Assembly (NCBI GenBank): GCA_951406725.2
Contig: OX597821.1
Span: 23,870,001-23,934,000 of the forward strand
Origin: Octopus vulgaris
Lineage: Eukaryota
DNA length: 64,000 nt
Direction of reading: 5' to 3'
A model generated the notes under the pieces. It saw only the letters and a list, made by a program, of their open reading frames with translations, was not told where the DNA came from and did not search any database. The position numbers were made by a program, and so were the translations under genes. Below are positions 14,100-25,560 of the stretch, in pieces; position 1 is the stretch's first letter, and each line of letters opens with the position of its first letter.

Positions 14100-17000
14100 A
14101 GGAAACCCAGAAGAAAACAATACTAAATAAACATAAAGCATTGAAGTTCAGACAAATCAAGTGAGTGACACAAGCTCAACTTGAAAAGTGTCTGAAGCCA
14201 ATCGAGAGTATCAAAATTTGTCCCTTTAGAGAGAAGGTTTAGCATAATTAAAGTGAGATTTCTAAAGTGGAGGGGAAAGGCAGGGAATACTCAGTAACAC
14301 CCCTACAGGCAATGAACTTATCATGTTGACCTACACATCAGAATAGTTGTGAAAATAATGGCAGTTAATATACTACCTGAAATTGATATCTGCTGGCTGG
14401 TAGTAATTGTCTTGCTAGATATGGAAGGGAAAATGGACATATTGCAAATTCATAGTCTATAGAAAGAAAGTTGGTTGGGCATAGGGATGGAGGTATTGAT
14501 CCAAATAGATCAAGAAAGAATGGAAGCCATCTCTGACCTGTTCAATGTCCCAGATTGCTTTCAACTGTTCATGTCAGTTGAGGACAGAAAGCCAGGGCGT
14601 TACTTATGTGGTGACACAAACCATCTCAGTAAGGGAGAGAAGAAAGACCTCCTTGTAAAAACTACTGCTGACACCACTGCCTTATCAGCAACAACACCAA
14701 TAATAAAATTAGTAGCATCAACAGCAGAAATACCATCTAAAAAGAAAAGCAATGGAAATTTTACATCAACAGCAGCTGACTCTAACACCACAGCCCAGGA
14801 GAACATCACGAGTGGCTGCCAACACAACCTAAAGAGATCCTCTCCACAGCAGTCCACTAGAGCACAAGCACACACATGGACACACTCAGGCATACCTTTC
14901 TCCCTCTACCACAGGCTTTGACTTTGAAGACTTGCTGTGCAACAAAGTCAAGTTGGAAGATTCACAAGAATGGATCTTCATTGGGGATAAAGTGAAAGAA
15001 ATATAAGAATAAACAACGTTGCTTCAGCAAAAAGGCCAACAGATTAGAGGAGGAGATACAGAACCCAACAAATACTCACACACCCATACCATCAACAGCA
15101 ACACAACCACCACCACCACTAATGCTACACCTACAATAACACAGCCACCACTACCACAATCAACTCTACTAATATTACCACTCCTATCACTACCACACCA
15201 ACAACAACACAAACACTCCTACCACTACCACCATCATCACACCCATTACAACCACTACTAACATCACCATTATCACAACCATCATTACCACCATGCCAAC
15301 AACAGGAACATACCCAAACACAAATAAAGCCCCAGCTGTTACCACTTGTTAGCAAAAACAACAGAGTATTTATGGAATATGTGAAATTGTTTAAAACTAA
15401 AATACAAACAGAAGAGGTTGGGTTCAACAACCACAAACAGCACACACAAAAATAAAACATACCCCATATTAACAAAGCCTGGATCAGGAGGAATGGAAGC
15501 GTTGTTCTGGAAGGGTTTCAATCTTGAGATAGGGACAATCTTCTTCAACCTAGATGGTAAGTCCTGGATGTGTGCAATAGCCAAGATGGTACTTTCAGAT
15601 CAGTGGCTGTCCATACTTTGAGAGGGGTCTAGATTTCTAAAGGCATCTGGAAGTGCCCTTTGGAATGCCACACTCTTTTGTACTAGTAGGCAACTGGAAC
15701 AGCATCTTGACGGGATTGTGTCGGCTAGCTGATAGAAGGGTGGCAAAAACCTTGCAAACCTGTTTAAATATTTCCAATTGTCAGGCAAGTGCTGACTAGA
15801 TTTCCTGAATGTACCAGTGTGCTCATGGGGTTGTCTCATTGAGTCATCAAGATCATATCTAGATAGGGTATTTGTTAGATCAGTAAACAAGAAAAGAGTA
15901 AAATATCCACAGTTTCAACTGGTTGGCTACACAGACCATTATTTTGTGATCAGCATGATCAACTTAGATAGAACTCATAGACCTGGACCCAACTGAAAGC
16001 TGAACATTTTATTTCTGGTGCATAAAGCTGACAGAGATTATAGTAGAATTAGAGTTAAGTGCCAGTTCACAAGAGCAATTAACAACTGATGGTGAGGTAC
16101 ACTAAAGAAGGACATTTAATATAGAATTTGTATGCTTTAGTAGAGAGATAATGGTAGAGAAAATAAATTAGAGAGGGATTAGTGAGTAAATTAGAAGTGG
16201 TGATTAAGAAAAGTACCATGACCCAAATGCTAATGGTGAAAATGGTTCTTCATCATTTCTTCAAAGTAAAACATGAAGGGTGCATTGACACAGCTGAGGT
16301 TCATGTTCTAAGACACAAAGGAATGAAAGCCATTTAATAGTAATCAGTGTCTGAAGTATAATGAAGTAACAAAGCCACAATTTGGTGTTTGATGGTCAGG
16401 ATGGGTGCAGGCTATTCAATTACAAGATGTGTGTGATTTTCCAGAGGCACTTTGCACAAATGTTTGGAGTGAACAGTAGGATAGAGGTGGTAGAGAATTT
16501 AAATACATACCTCAAGATCTTGCTGTGAATTCCAGCAGAGACATGAAATGTTGCAGAAAGTCAATAACTGTAACTAAGGTACAAGTCATTGTATAAGGCA
16601 CAAATTGCTTGATCTGGATGGTTTGCTCAGCAAGTTTAATACATGAATGCCAATTTTGAAAGCTGACATCTAGGCAATCTTCTACTGCAACTGGTAACAG
16701 AACAAGCTATCCCTCATTTTGTAAACTTAGGTGATGAGGAAAGATAGGAACAAGGGGGACATAATCATTAACTCCCAACCCATAGCTCTTCTGGGTATAT
16801 GTCTACACTTTCACAATCCAGTCTATGCATGAAGATAGTCATGAGTGGCTGAAGTGCAATGAACTAACAAAGCCACAATTTGGTCTTTGATGGTACAGAA
16901 AATAGAGTAGAGGTAAATCAAAAGTCGTGATTGGGACAAGCACCACAATCCATATGCTTGTGGTGGGGATGGCTCTTGATCTTTCTTCAAAGGAAAACAT

Positions 17001-18020
17001 GAAGGATGTATTAATACATCTAAAGTTCATGCTCAAAGACACATTATTTCTCTCCTAAAACTTACCATGCAGAAAGGGCCAGATAGAAAATCTGGCTTTG
17101 ATGGAGATTTGATCAACTTAGATCGATCAAAAGCTCTAAATATGGCTGATTATTGCTATATTTTTGCTGTTCTCAAGGAAGTTGGTTTCAATATTGTCTT
17201 CAAGGATGGCACTGCTTCAATGTACAGCAACATCTTCTTGGCAGTCAAAGTAAATGGCCATGTATCGGAACTGTTCCAGATCATGCTCTCAGTTCATCAT
17301 GAATGTTTCTCCCATCTTTTCTGAATGTACTGACTCATGAAACACTACTGCAGAAATTGAAGATATTGAGGAACAACTTGTTCAAACTCACACGTAGAAG
17401 AGCCATGTAGTTATATAGGGACGATGTTACCATAATGGTATCTGATATGATGGAAATCAAGGCAATTAACAATGTTGTAAAGGAATATGAAACTTTGACA
17501 GGAGTAGAAATTAACCGGGATAAGTTGATGAGCTTACAGCTATGGACCTGGATAGGCAAGTTCATGCTGCCATTCACCATCACAGGGTGTTGCACAGAGA
17601 GTCCCGTAAAGTTGCTTGGAGCTGGTTCAATCCAGTCTTCCAGGTGAATAGAAACTGAGACTAGGTTGTTCAATTGAGAAAAAGATATCTTTCACTAGAG
17701 AGAAAGATATCCTTGAAAGATCAGAGGCAGTGAATCCATACATCACTTCCATCACTGCTGTGTTTGGTTATGTTTCTCATCTGATCAAGTTGGAACGGAT
17801 GCTATTTCATTTCTTGTGGAATGGAGGTGTTCCACTGGTTAAGTGCTCCATCTGCTTTCAACATCCTCGGGACAGAAGGCTCAACATGTTGTAAATGCAC
17901 ATAGGCTGTGGCATCTACATGGATTCCAAGATGATAGGCAATGTGGTCACTCTTTATTAGGTACATTTTTACACAGAATATCTCACTGACAGAACTGTAG
18001 TCCTAGGTCAAGCAAAAGCC
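14100..18020 (+). mobile_element. Heavily decayed near-full-length L1/Tx1-type LINE (ORF1 plus endonuclease-RT relic)
   Basis: ORF1 relic VEDRKPGRYLCGDTNH; RT relics LINLDRSKAL...VKVNGHVSELFQI and DDVTIMVSD...YETLTGVEINRDK; many stops. Confidence 0.7.
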
Positions 18021-18342
18021 ACGGGCTAATTATTCCATTTTTGAAATTAGTTGAATCTAAATAAATACCTAGCAAGTACTGAATTATATTATTCATTTGG
18101 TTAAATGGACCAACACTGATAATACTGAAATATTTTGGTCAAATTTTAAAAAATCAAAGATGTTACTGGCGTAAAACCCTTTCAGAAATATTCCAAAATT
18201 TGTTCTCAATCGTTTAATAATATTTAACCCTTTAGCATTTAAACCAGCAACATCCAGCCAAAATAGGCCTCCTGATTTATGTTCAAACTGGCCTGATCCA
18301 ACCTCTCACACTATCCTACAATGTCATTCTAAAAATAGACAG

Positions 18343-18726
18343 GCGCAGGAGTGGCTGTGTGGTAAGTAGCTTGCTAACCAACCACATGGTTCCGGGTTCA
18401 GTCCCACTGCGTGGCATTTTGGGCAAGTGTCTTCTGCTATAGCCCCGGGCCGACCAATGCCTTGTGAGTGGATTTGGTAGACGGAAACTGAAAGAAGCCT
18501 GTCGTATATATATATGTGTGTTTGTGTGTCTGTGTTTGTCCCCCTAGCATTGCTTGACAACCGATGCTGGTGTGTTTACGTCCCCGTCACTTAGCGGTTC
18601 AGCAAAAGAGACCGATAGAATAAGTACTGGGCTTACAAAGAATAAGTCCCGGGTTCGATTTGCTCGACTAAAGGCAGTGCTCCAGCATGGCCGCAGTCAA
18701 ATGACTGAAACAAGTAAAAGAGTAAA
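18343..18726 (+). mobile_element. tRNA-derived SINE family A. Other copies: ~6627-7040(-), 11430-11810(-), 19025-19458(-), 26748-27155(-), 30006-30372(+), 31298-31670(+), 35705-36120(+), 55710-56102(-), 58483-59320(-, split), 62340-62740(+)
   Basis: A box TGGCTGTGTGG, B box GGTTCAGTCCC, central (TA)/(TG) microsatellite and (GTAAAAGA)n tail; many near-identical copies. Confidence 0.85.
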
Positions 18727-19261
18727 AGATTAAAAGCATCATCAACACTCAAAGCTATGAGACAATACATGATTAATTCAAAACAATAAGAACGAATAAG
18801 CTCTACATTTGGCAGAGTAATTAAAATGCTGAAGTAATTAAAATGCTAACAGGTTAATTCAAATGCTGGGATAGAAGGGTTATTCAGCAACATGAATAGC
18901 ATCAAAGCAAAGTTGAAAAAGATTTGCAACATCCAATGCTCAAAGGTGTTCTCTCAGTAAAGTGTGGCTCAAAACAATGAGAAATGCAATAAAGATTATT
19001 GCTTACTTCAAGTAACACTCTCTCTTTTACTCTTTTACTCTTTTATTTGTTTCAGTCATTTGACTGCAGCCATGCTGGAGCACCGCCTTTAATCAAGCAA
19101 CTCGACTCCGGGACTTATTCTTTTTTGTAAGCCCAGTACTTATTCTATCGGTCTCTTTTGCCGAACTGCTAAGTAACGGGGACATAAACACACCAGCATC
19201 GGTTGTCAAGCAATGCTAGGGGGACAAACACAGACACACAAACACACACACGCATATACAT

Positions 19262-19294
<33 letters not shown>

Positions 19295-21124
19295 CGATGG
19301 GCTTCTTTCAGTTTCCGTCTACCAAATCCACTCACAAGGCTTTGGTCAGCCCGAGGCTATAGTAGAAGACACTTGCCCAAGGTGCCACGCAGTGGGACTG
19401 AACCTGGAACTGTGTGGTTGGTAAACAAGCTACTTACCACACAGCCACTCCTGCGCCTATATAAAATTAACATAATGGATGCATATTTAACTAAGAAACA
19501 AGGTAGAGCAGTGCTGGAAATACTGAAGGATTCAACAATTTAGCAGGTTTGTTAGATGCTGCTTTAGGTATATAAATAAACATTTAATTTCTATCCATCT
19601 TTTAAAATAATGTAAGTAGCTGTCTTTATTTGTTTTTTCTCATTTCTAAGCATTTTAGTAATTTTTTCCCAATAATTTTCATTTGGTAAACTGGTAGCTT
19701 TTGATATGACAGGAAATTTGGCTATTATTTCTAGCTGGTTGAGCAACCACATACTGATATAAATAAGTACCAGATGTTGTTTATATTAGTTCAGATCAAG
19801 CAGATTCCAGTCATGACTATCTAGTCCAGTGGTTCTCAACTGGGGTCCATATAAGATTTTTGGGTATCCACATAACAAAAGAGTAATCTGGGCATCCACA
19901 ACAGTATTTTAAGGGCCCCTGAAAAAATGTTGCTTTAAATGTATGTATTGCCATAAACTGCTATAAAACTAGTTCTTAAACATGGAATGGTTAGAGGTGT
20001 CCACCAGAATAAAATAGTACTCAAAGGGGTCCATAGATAAAAAAATGGTTTAGAATTCCAGATCTATTCTTTTAATTGTACTAAGGTAGAATCAATACCC
20101 TCCCTTCCTGTTGTAGCTTTGTGTCAAAGCCCATAAATCACTAAGTTTCATTTCTAATTTCAAATCCTAGTGAGGTTAACTTGGTTTGCCCTCCTTCCAA
20201 ACACTATAAAATACAGTAACTTAAATACTGTGTATGATTTCGCTGTAGAAACATTGCCAGATCAGACTGGGCCTGGTGCAGCCTTCTGGCTTCCCAGACC
20301 CCAGTTGAACCGTCCAACCCATGCCAGCATGGAAAGCGGACGCTAAACAATGATGATGATGATGATAATCCAGTGGTTCTCAATCAGGGTCCAAATAAGA
20401 GTTTGGGGGGTCCACAAAACAAATAGTATTTTAAGGACACCTGAAAAAATTTCACTTTAGGTGTAGGTTTTTTTATGTATTGCATGAAACATTTTGGTTT
20501 CTTTCTCTAACATTTTACATAGTACAACCTACACAAGTTAATATGCGGAATACAAAATAGGAATTCTGAAAAGAGGTTTCTATAAAACTAGTTTTTTGAT
20601 ATCGCATGACTTTGGGGGTCCACCAGAATAAAATAATAACTAAAGGGGTCCATAGACAGATAATAGTTGAGAACCCCTTCACATAGATGTGAATGGAATT
20701 ATGAAAGAAGAATAAGTTAAATAAAGACATAGTATCGGGGGGATCCCTTCGGTCACAACACTGACCATGGGATTGCACCTAGAAAGTTACCCTCCAAGTC
20801 ACAAGTCTGGGCAAGGTGGTTTATGGAAGACCAACAGTCACCCATGCATACCGGCCTCCCCTCTCCACACCACCAGTGTTATCCAAGGGAAAGGCAAAGG
20901 CTGATACAGCTTGGCACCTGTGACGTCGCAACTCATTTCTACAGCTGAACGAACTGGAGCAATGTGAAATAAAGTGTCTTGCTCAAGAACACAACACGCA
21001 ACCCAGTCCGGGATTCGAGCTCACAACCTCACGATCGTAAGCTCGACGCTCTAACCACTGAGCCATGCGCCTTCACTAAAGACAAAGTATGATTAGAACA
21101 CTAAGTAAGGTCTTTGATTTTGCA

Positions 21125-23463
21125 GTTATTATTTCCGCCTTAGCTAAGACAGCGGTATTATTTTCTGTCATATTTGTTTGTTTGTTTGTCCATGGACAAG
21201 ATATCTCTAGAACCACTGGATGGATTCGGATGAAACTTTTAGGGATGTTTGGCACAAACTGATTAGATTTTGGGATTGATCTGGTACTGGACAAGTATTC
21301 CAGATTATTTTTCCTGTTTTTTTACTTAATTTGTGAGAACAGCTGGGTTCATTTTCAGTATCCTCATTTGTGAGAGCAGTCGAGTTTATTTCAGATATTC
21401 TCATTTTAAAAATCATCTCTGGCTAATCGTTGAGAGGACGTTGGTGTTGCAGACTAACAACTTGTTAGTTTGAGTTCTGAGTTTCGTCATTTTGTACCAC
21501 GGTTTGGGATTGTTGTTACATGTTGAAGGCTTTCTCTTCGAGACTGTCCATTGTAGAAATTGTTGCATATCACTGTTGATAAGGATTACTGTTGAGCAAC
21601 TCACGTGTGAGTGTTTTTCTGCTGTTTTCTCCCCATTGTGGGGCTGAGAAGTTCGTTTTTCAATATGGAGAGCTATGCAAAATCCGCTCCAGTAGGAGCA
21701 GCTCCACCATTGGACCTGAAACAGATAAAAGTGAATACGAAAGAGATACGAGGAAGTGAACAGTTTATACAAAAGGAGGGAGGCACAATAAACTTAGTCC
21801 CTCCTGAAGAAACAGTTGAGGATAAGAATGACAGGACGGTGTTGTACTGCATGCAAGCGATCGCCACCAATAAAATTGAAATCCTATCGGAAGATGATGT
21901 GGAGGAATATTTGGGAAAACAGCAACTTTCGTTAGCCGAGGAAAGAAATATAGTACAGTGGAGGTGAGATTTGCCACCAAAGAAGAGGCGACCTCACACT
22001 CCGCCACTATTTTACGCACTGAAAAGGTGACGCTGTTGCTCATGTATAGGGGCATGCGAAGTGTATGCATTCGCATTGGAAGAGTGACACTAGAAATAAA
22101 GCCAGAGTGGTTGGTAGCAGCTGTTATGGCTACCACCAAGGAGAATCCTGAATTGAGAACAGTTGGAAAAAGGAGCAAGTTAAACTGGTAGGGGTACAGT
22201 GTCGAGATGTGACTTTCTGCCACATTTGAAGACATTGAAAGAATCCCCTACCAGATAGAGATTCCGGGAGAGAGTTCCCTCAAAGTGATTGTTGAGGGAT
22301 GCCAACCAAATTGTTAAGATTGTGAAATAAGAGGACACATGAAGACGCAATGCCCCAAGCACAAGCCTCCTCATAGTGAGAAGGCTGTGGAGAGGGACCA
22401 AGAAGAAGTGGAGACTGGAGTAGCAATTGAAGTGATAACAGATGGAGACAGCAAAAGTGATATGGAGTGCGCCAGGGATACGGAAGACGCAGAGTCGAAG
22501 AAAGACAGAACGAAAGCGGCAAGTGAGGGGAGTGACTGGTTTATCAGCCCCAAAAGGAGGAAAAAAGCAAAAACAAGAGAAGACTTTGAAAGACCAGCAA
22601 CAGAACCAGATAGTACGCCCAAAGAAGGTAAGGAACCGCCTATATTCAAACATACGCAGACAATAGAAACAGAACCAAAAGAGAGAGAATCAGTAGAAGA
22701 GACTGAACAGCACGGTTTTAGAAATAGAGCATTCGTAGTGTACTACGAAAAGAATGTAGATGTGGAAAGGAGGATTTCCAAGTGGAAGAGATTAAATAAG
22801 GGTGAAACTGCCCACGGAGGATTTCAAGGAGGAACAAAAGTGTGTACTATTGAGTGAAGATAGATACGACACGTACATAAAAACATATAGAAGGTATATA
22901 ATTTCACTTGGCAGGCCGGTATAGTTTCATGCCCTACCACTCGTAATTCAACATAAAGAATTGAAATTTTTTTAAAAATATGACGTAACTTCGGTATAGG
23001 TACTGGATACATTTCAAGAAAGTGTTTTTTTTTATATATATATGGGTGTGTGTGTTAGGGTTAGGGGTGGGAGAAAAGGGTTTCTGTTATCTTCAGAAAT
23101 GTAAACAAAGCCACTTCCGGTACTAACGGTACCTATACCGAAGGATCGCCAAAAATATATACAATATAAAAAAATGAGGAAGTTAACTTTAAAAAAAAAA
23201 TGAGGCAAAAACTGTCCAAAATAATGTCTAAATGTAACCACTCGATCCCCGAAGTCGAGTGGGTATTGCGCATAATTTTATGATTTTCATTCGTTCTTTT
23301 TGTTTTTCTTCTTCACTCGATTTCTTTCTGTATTTTTTTATTTTCCCGATTATGTGTCTTGTATTGTTTTGTAATGTATAATCTCTATTTTTAGCCCCTT
23401 GTGGGTAATACAAAATTGAGGACGTTGGTGTTGCCTTGGCGGAGGCGGAGGTTTGCGTTCTCT
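21125..23463. mobile_element. Short interspersed repeat (Helentron/HINE-like) split by the gag-only element
   Basis: ATTATTTCCGCC...(GTTT)n...CCTTGGCGGAGG ends; the sequence resumes after the 17-bp TSD. Confidence 0.5.
21451..23417 (+). mobile_element. ORF1/gag-only non-LTR retroelement (HAL1-like), ORF disrupted
   Basis: 17-bp TSD GAGGACGTTGGTGTTGC at 21434-21450 and 23418-23434. Broken ORF1 from ATG 21665 has a degenerate zinc knuckle (C*DCEIRGHMKTQC). No RT or endonuclease. 3' tail GCCCCTTGTGGGTAATA. Confidence 0.8.
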
Positions 23464-23806
23464 AATTTTGAATGAAAATATTTATTGGAATATAATACAT
23501 ACAAAATAGGGGCGGAGGTTTTTTTTTTTTTTACTTTTTTTACAGGAACACACTATATCGAGGGCGGAGATTCCAAATCTGCAAAAAAAAAATCTGCATT
23601 TCAAAATATAAATTTTAATAAGAATTACCAAAGAAGAAAAAATTTCAAAATTTAACCTCCGCCTATAATACGAAACAACATTATAATACAAATCCAAAAC
23701 CGAAGAAAACACAAACATGAGCAAAAAAAGAAAGAGAAAGCAAAAGGAGATCTGTAATAAAGTAAATATCTTTAAGGTTAAAAGCTGTAATACAACGCTA
23801 AAGAAA

Positions 23807-23875
23807 TTTCCCGCCAGAAAATTAAAAACCAGAAAGAGGAAGGTACCAAGGGAGATAAGTTATAATTTCCCGCCA
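23807..23875 (+). promoter_or_regulatory. Two E2F consensus sites in the RPA3 promoter
   Basis: TTTCCCGCCA at 23807-23816 and 23866-23875, about 60-125 bp upstream of the RPA3 ATG. E2F control of replication genes is established. Confidence 0.7.
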
Positions 23876-23932
23876 CAACACGAAGGAAGTTTTGATCCAT
23901 CTTTCTTTCTTCATTCACTGTTCGGACCAATA

Positions 23933-24286
23933 ATGTCTACGTTAAGGCATGTTACTTCTCGCATCAACGGCAGTATGATGCCGAAATTTCAAGGACGAAA
24001 AGCCTGTTTACTAGGTATTGCTCAAGGAGTTGACAGCAGCGGCTTATCTTTTAAACTGAAAACCTGCGACGATGTAAACGTATCAGTGTATTTATCTGAA
24101 CCATTGAACGAATACGTTGGTGGACTGACGGAGGTGTTTGGTGAAGTGAGTTCGAATACCAGCATGAACTGCCAAGACTATGTCCTCTTCACTAAGGAAC
24201 AGACAGATTCTTTTGATATGGAAATGTATAATACTGCAGTGGAGATGATTAGCAAATATTCTGATCATTATAAAGTTGGTGTGTGA
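23933..24286 (+). CDS. RPA3: Replication protein A 14 kDa subunit (OB-fold), intronless, 117 aa
   Basis: Protein reads MSTLRHVTSRINGSMMPKFQGRKACLLG...LNEYVGGLTEVFGEV...FDMEMYNTAVEMI, carrying the RPA14 hallmarks RIN, EVxG and FDMxxYN. The ATG at 23933 is preferred over the upstream ORF extension. Confidence 0.92.
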   Translation: MSTLRHVTSRINGSMMPKFQGRKACLLGIAQGVDSSGLSFKLKTCDDVNVSVYLSEPLNEYVGGLTEVFGEVSSNTSMNCQDYVLFTKEQTDSFDMEMYNTAVEMISKYSDHYKVGV

Positions 24287-24832
24287 ACTGAATCACGTAA
24301 AGACTCCGTGGTATTTACTTATTGGAGATTTATGAATTTTATTGTACCATTATGTATGTGACAAATTATTGCTATTATTTACCGTGGAGGTCGACTTTAC
24401 TTTTCACTGTTTTGTTAACATTAATATTTGTCAGGTGCTGAGGCTGATGTAATCAATTATTTCCATCTCCCGGCTCCACTAAAATTGTAGACTTGTACCT
24501 ATGCCATAAATTGAAGAGGTTGGAACAGACGCCCGACAGTATCTAGTTTCTTCAACTCACCTTTTTCTTACAAAATATCAAGACTCCGCTAACAATTTTC
24601 TGAAAAATTTTCTATGTAAGAATTCATTACTTTATTATTATTATTATTATATTGACTGGTCTTAATTGTTGCTATACAACAGAACCTGTAAGAAATAATA
24701 ATTCTATAACTTCTATCAGAGTTTTTGCAATTTTTTATTTATACTTGTCATGCATTGCAATGGAAATTATTCACAGTAAAGCATTAATATCCAGAGAGGC
24801 ATAGTTTCGGTTGTATCGGTTGTAGTAGCACA

Positions 24833-25560
24833 GATTTCCGTAAAAAACTTTTATTTTTTTACATAAGTAATGAGAGCGAAAGAGACTAAGAGGAAGCGAT
24901 TTTACGACGAGAAGGTTTCACTTTGAAGTCGGCCTGTGTGTGTTTGATGGGGTGTGGGAGACAGACAGTATGTTGTGTAAGTGAAGTGCTTCTGTTAGTG
25001 TGTGTGAAGAGACAGACATACATATACACATACACCGAGTAAAAAATTACTATGAATCGGCCATACATACATACATACACACATACATAGATACATACAC
25101 ACACACACATACATACATACATACATACACACACATACTTACACACACACACACATAGATACATACACACACACACACACATGCAGACATACATATACAC
25201 ATACACCGAGTAGAAAATTACGATGAATCGGCCATACATACATACATACACACACACATACTTACACACACACACATACATAGATACATACACACACACA
25301 CACATACATGCATACATACATATACACATACACCGAGTAAAAAATCAGTTATCTCTCTCTTTCACACGTTACTCTCTCTGTCTCTTCACACACACTAACA
25401 GAAGCACTTCACTTACACAACATACTGTCTGTCTCCCACACCCCATCAAACACACACAGGCCGACTTCAAAGTGAAACCTTCTCGTCGTAAAATCGCTTC
25501 CTCTTAGTCTCTTTCGCTCTCATTACTTATGTAAAAAAATAAAAGTTTTTTACGGAAATC
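24833..25560. repeat. Perfect ~184-bp inverted repeat around a tandem-repeat spacer
   Basis: 24833-25016 is the reverse complement of 25377-25560; both arms give the identical peptide tail in the ORF track. Confidence 0.95.

Noticed and set aside
23717-23932. N-terminal extension of the RPA3 ORF
   Set aside because: Low-complexity Lys-rich sequence overlapping the E2F promoter sites; RPA3 homology starts at ATG 23933.
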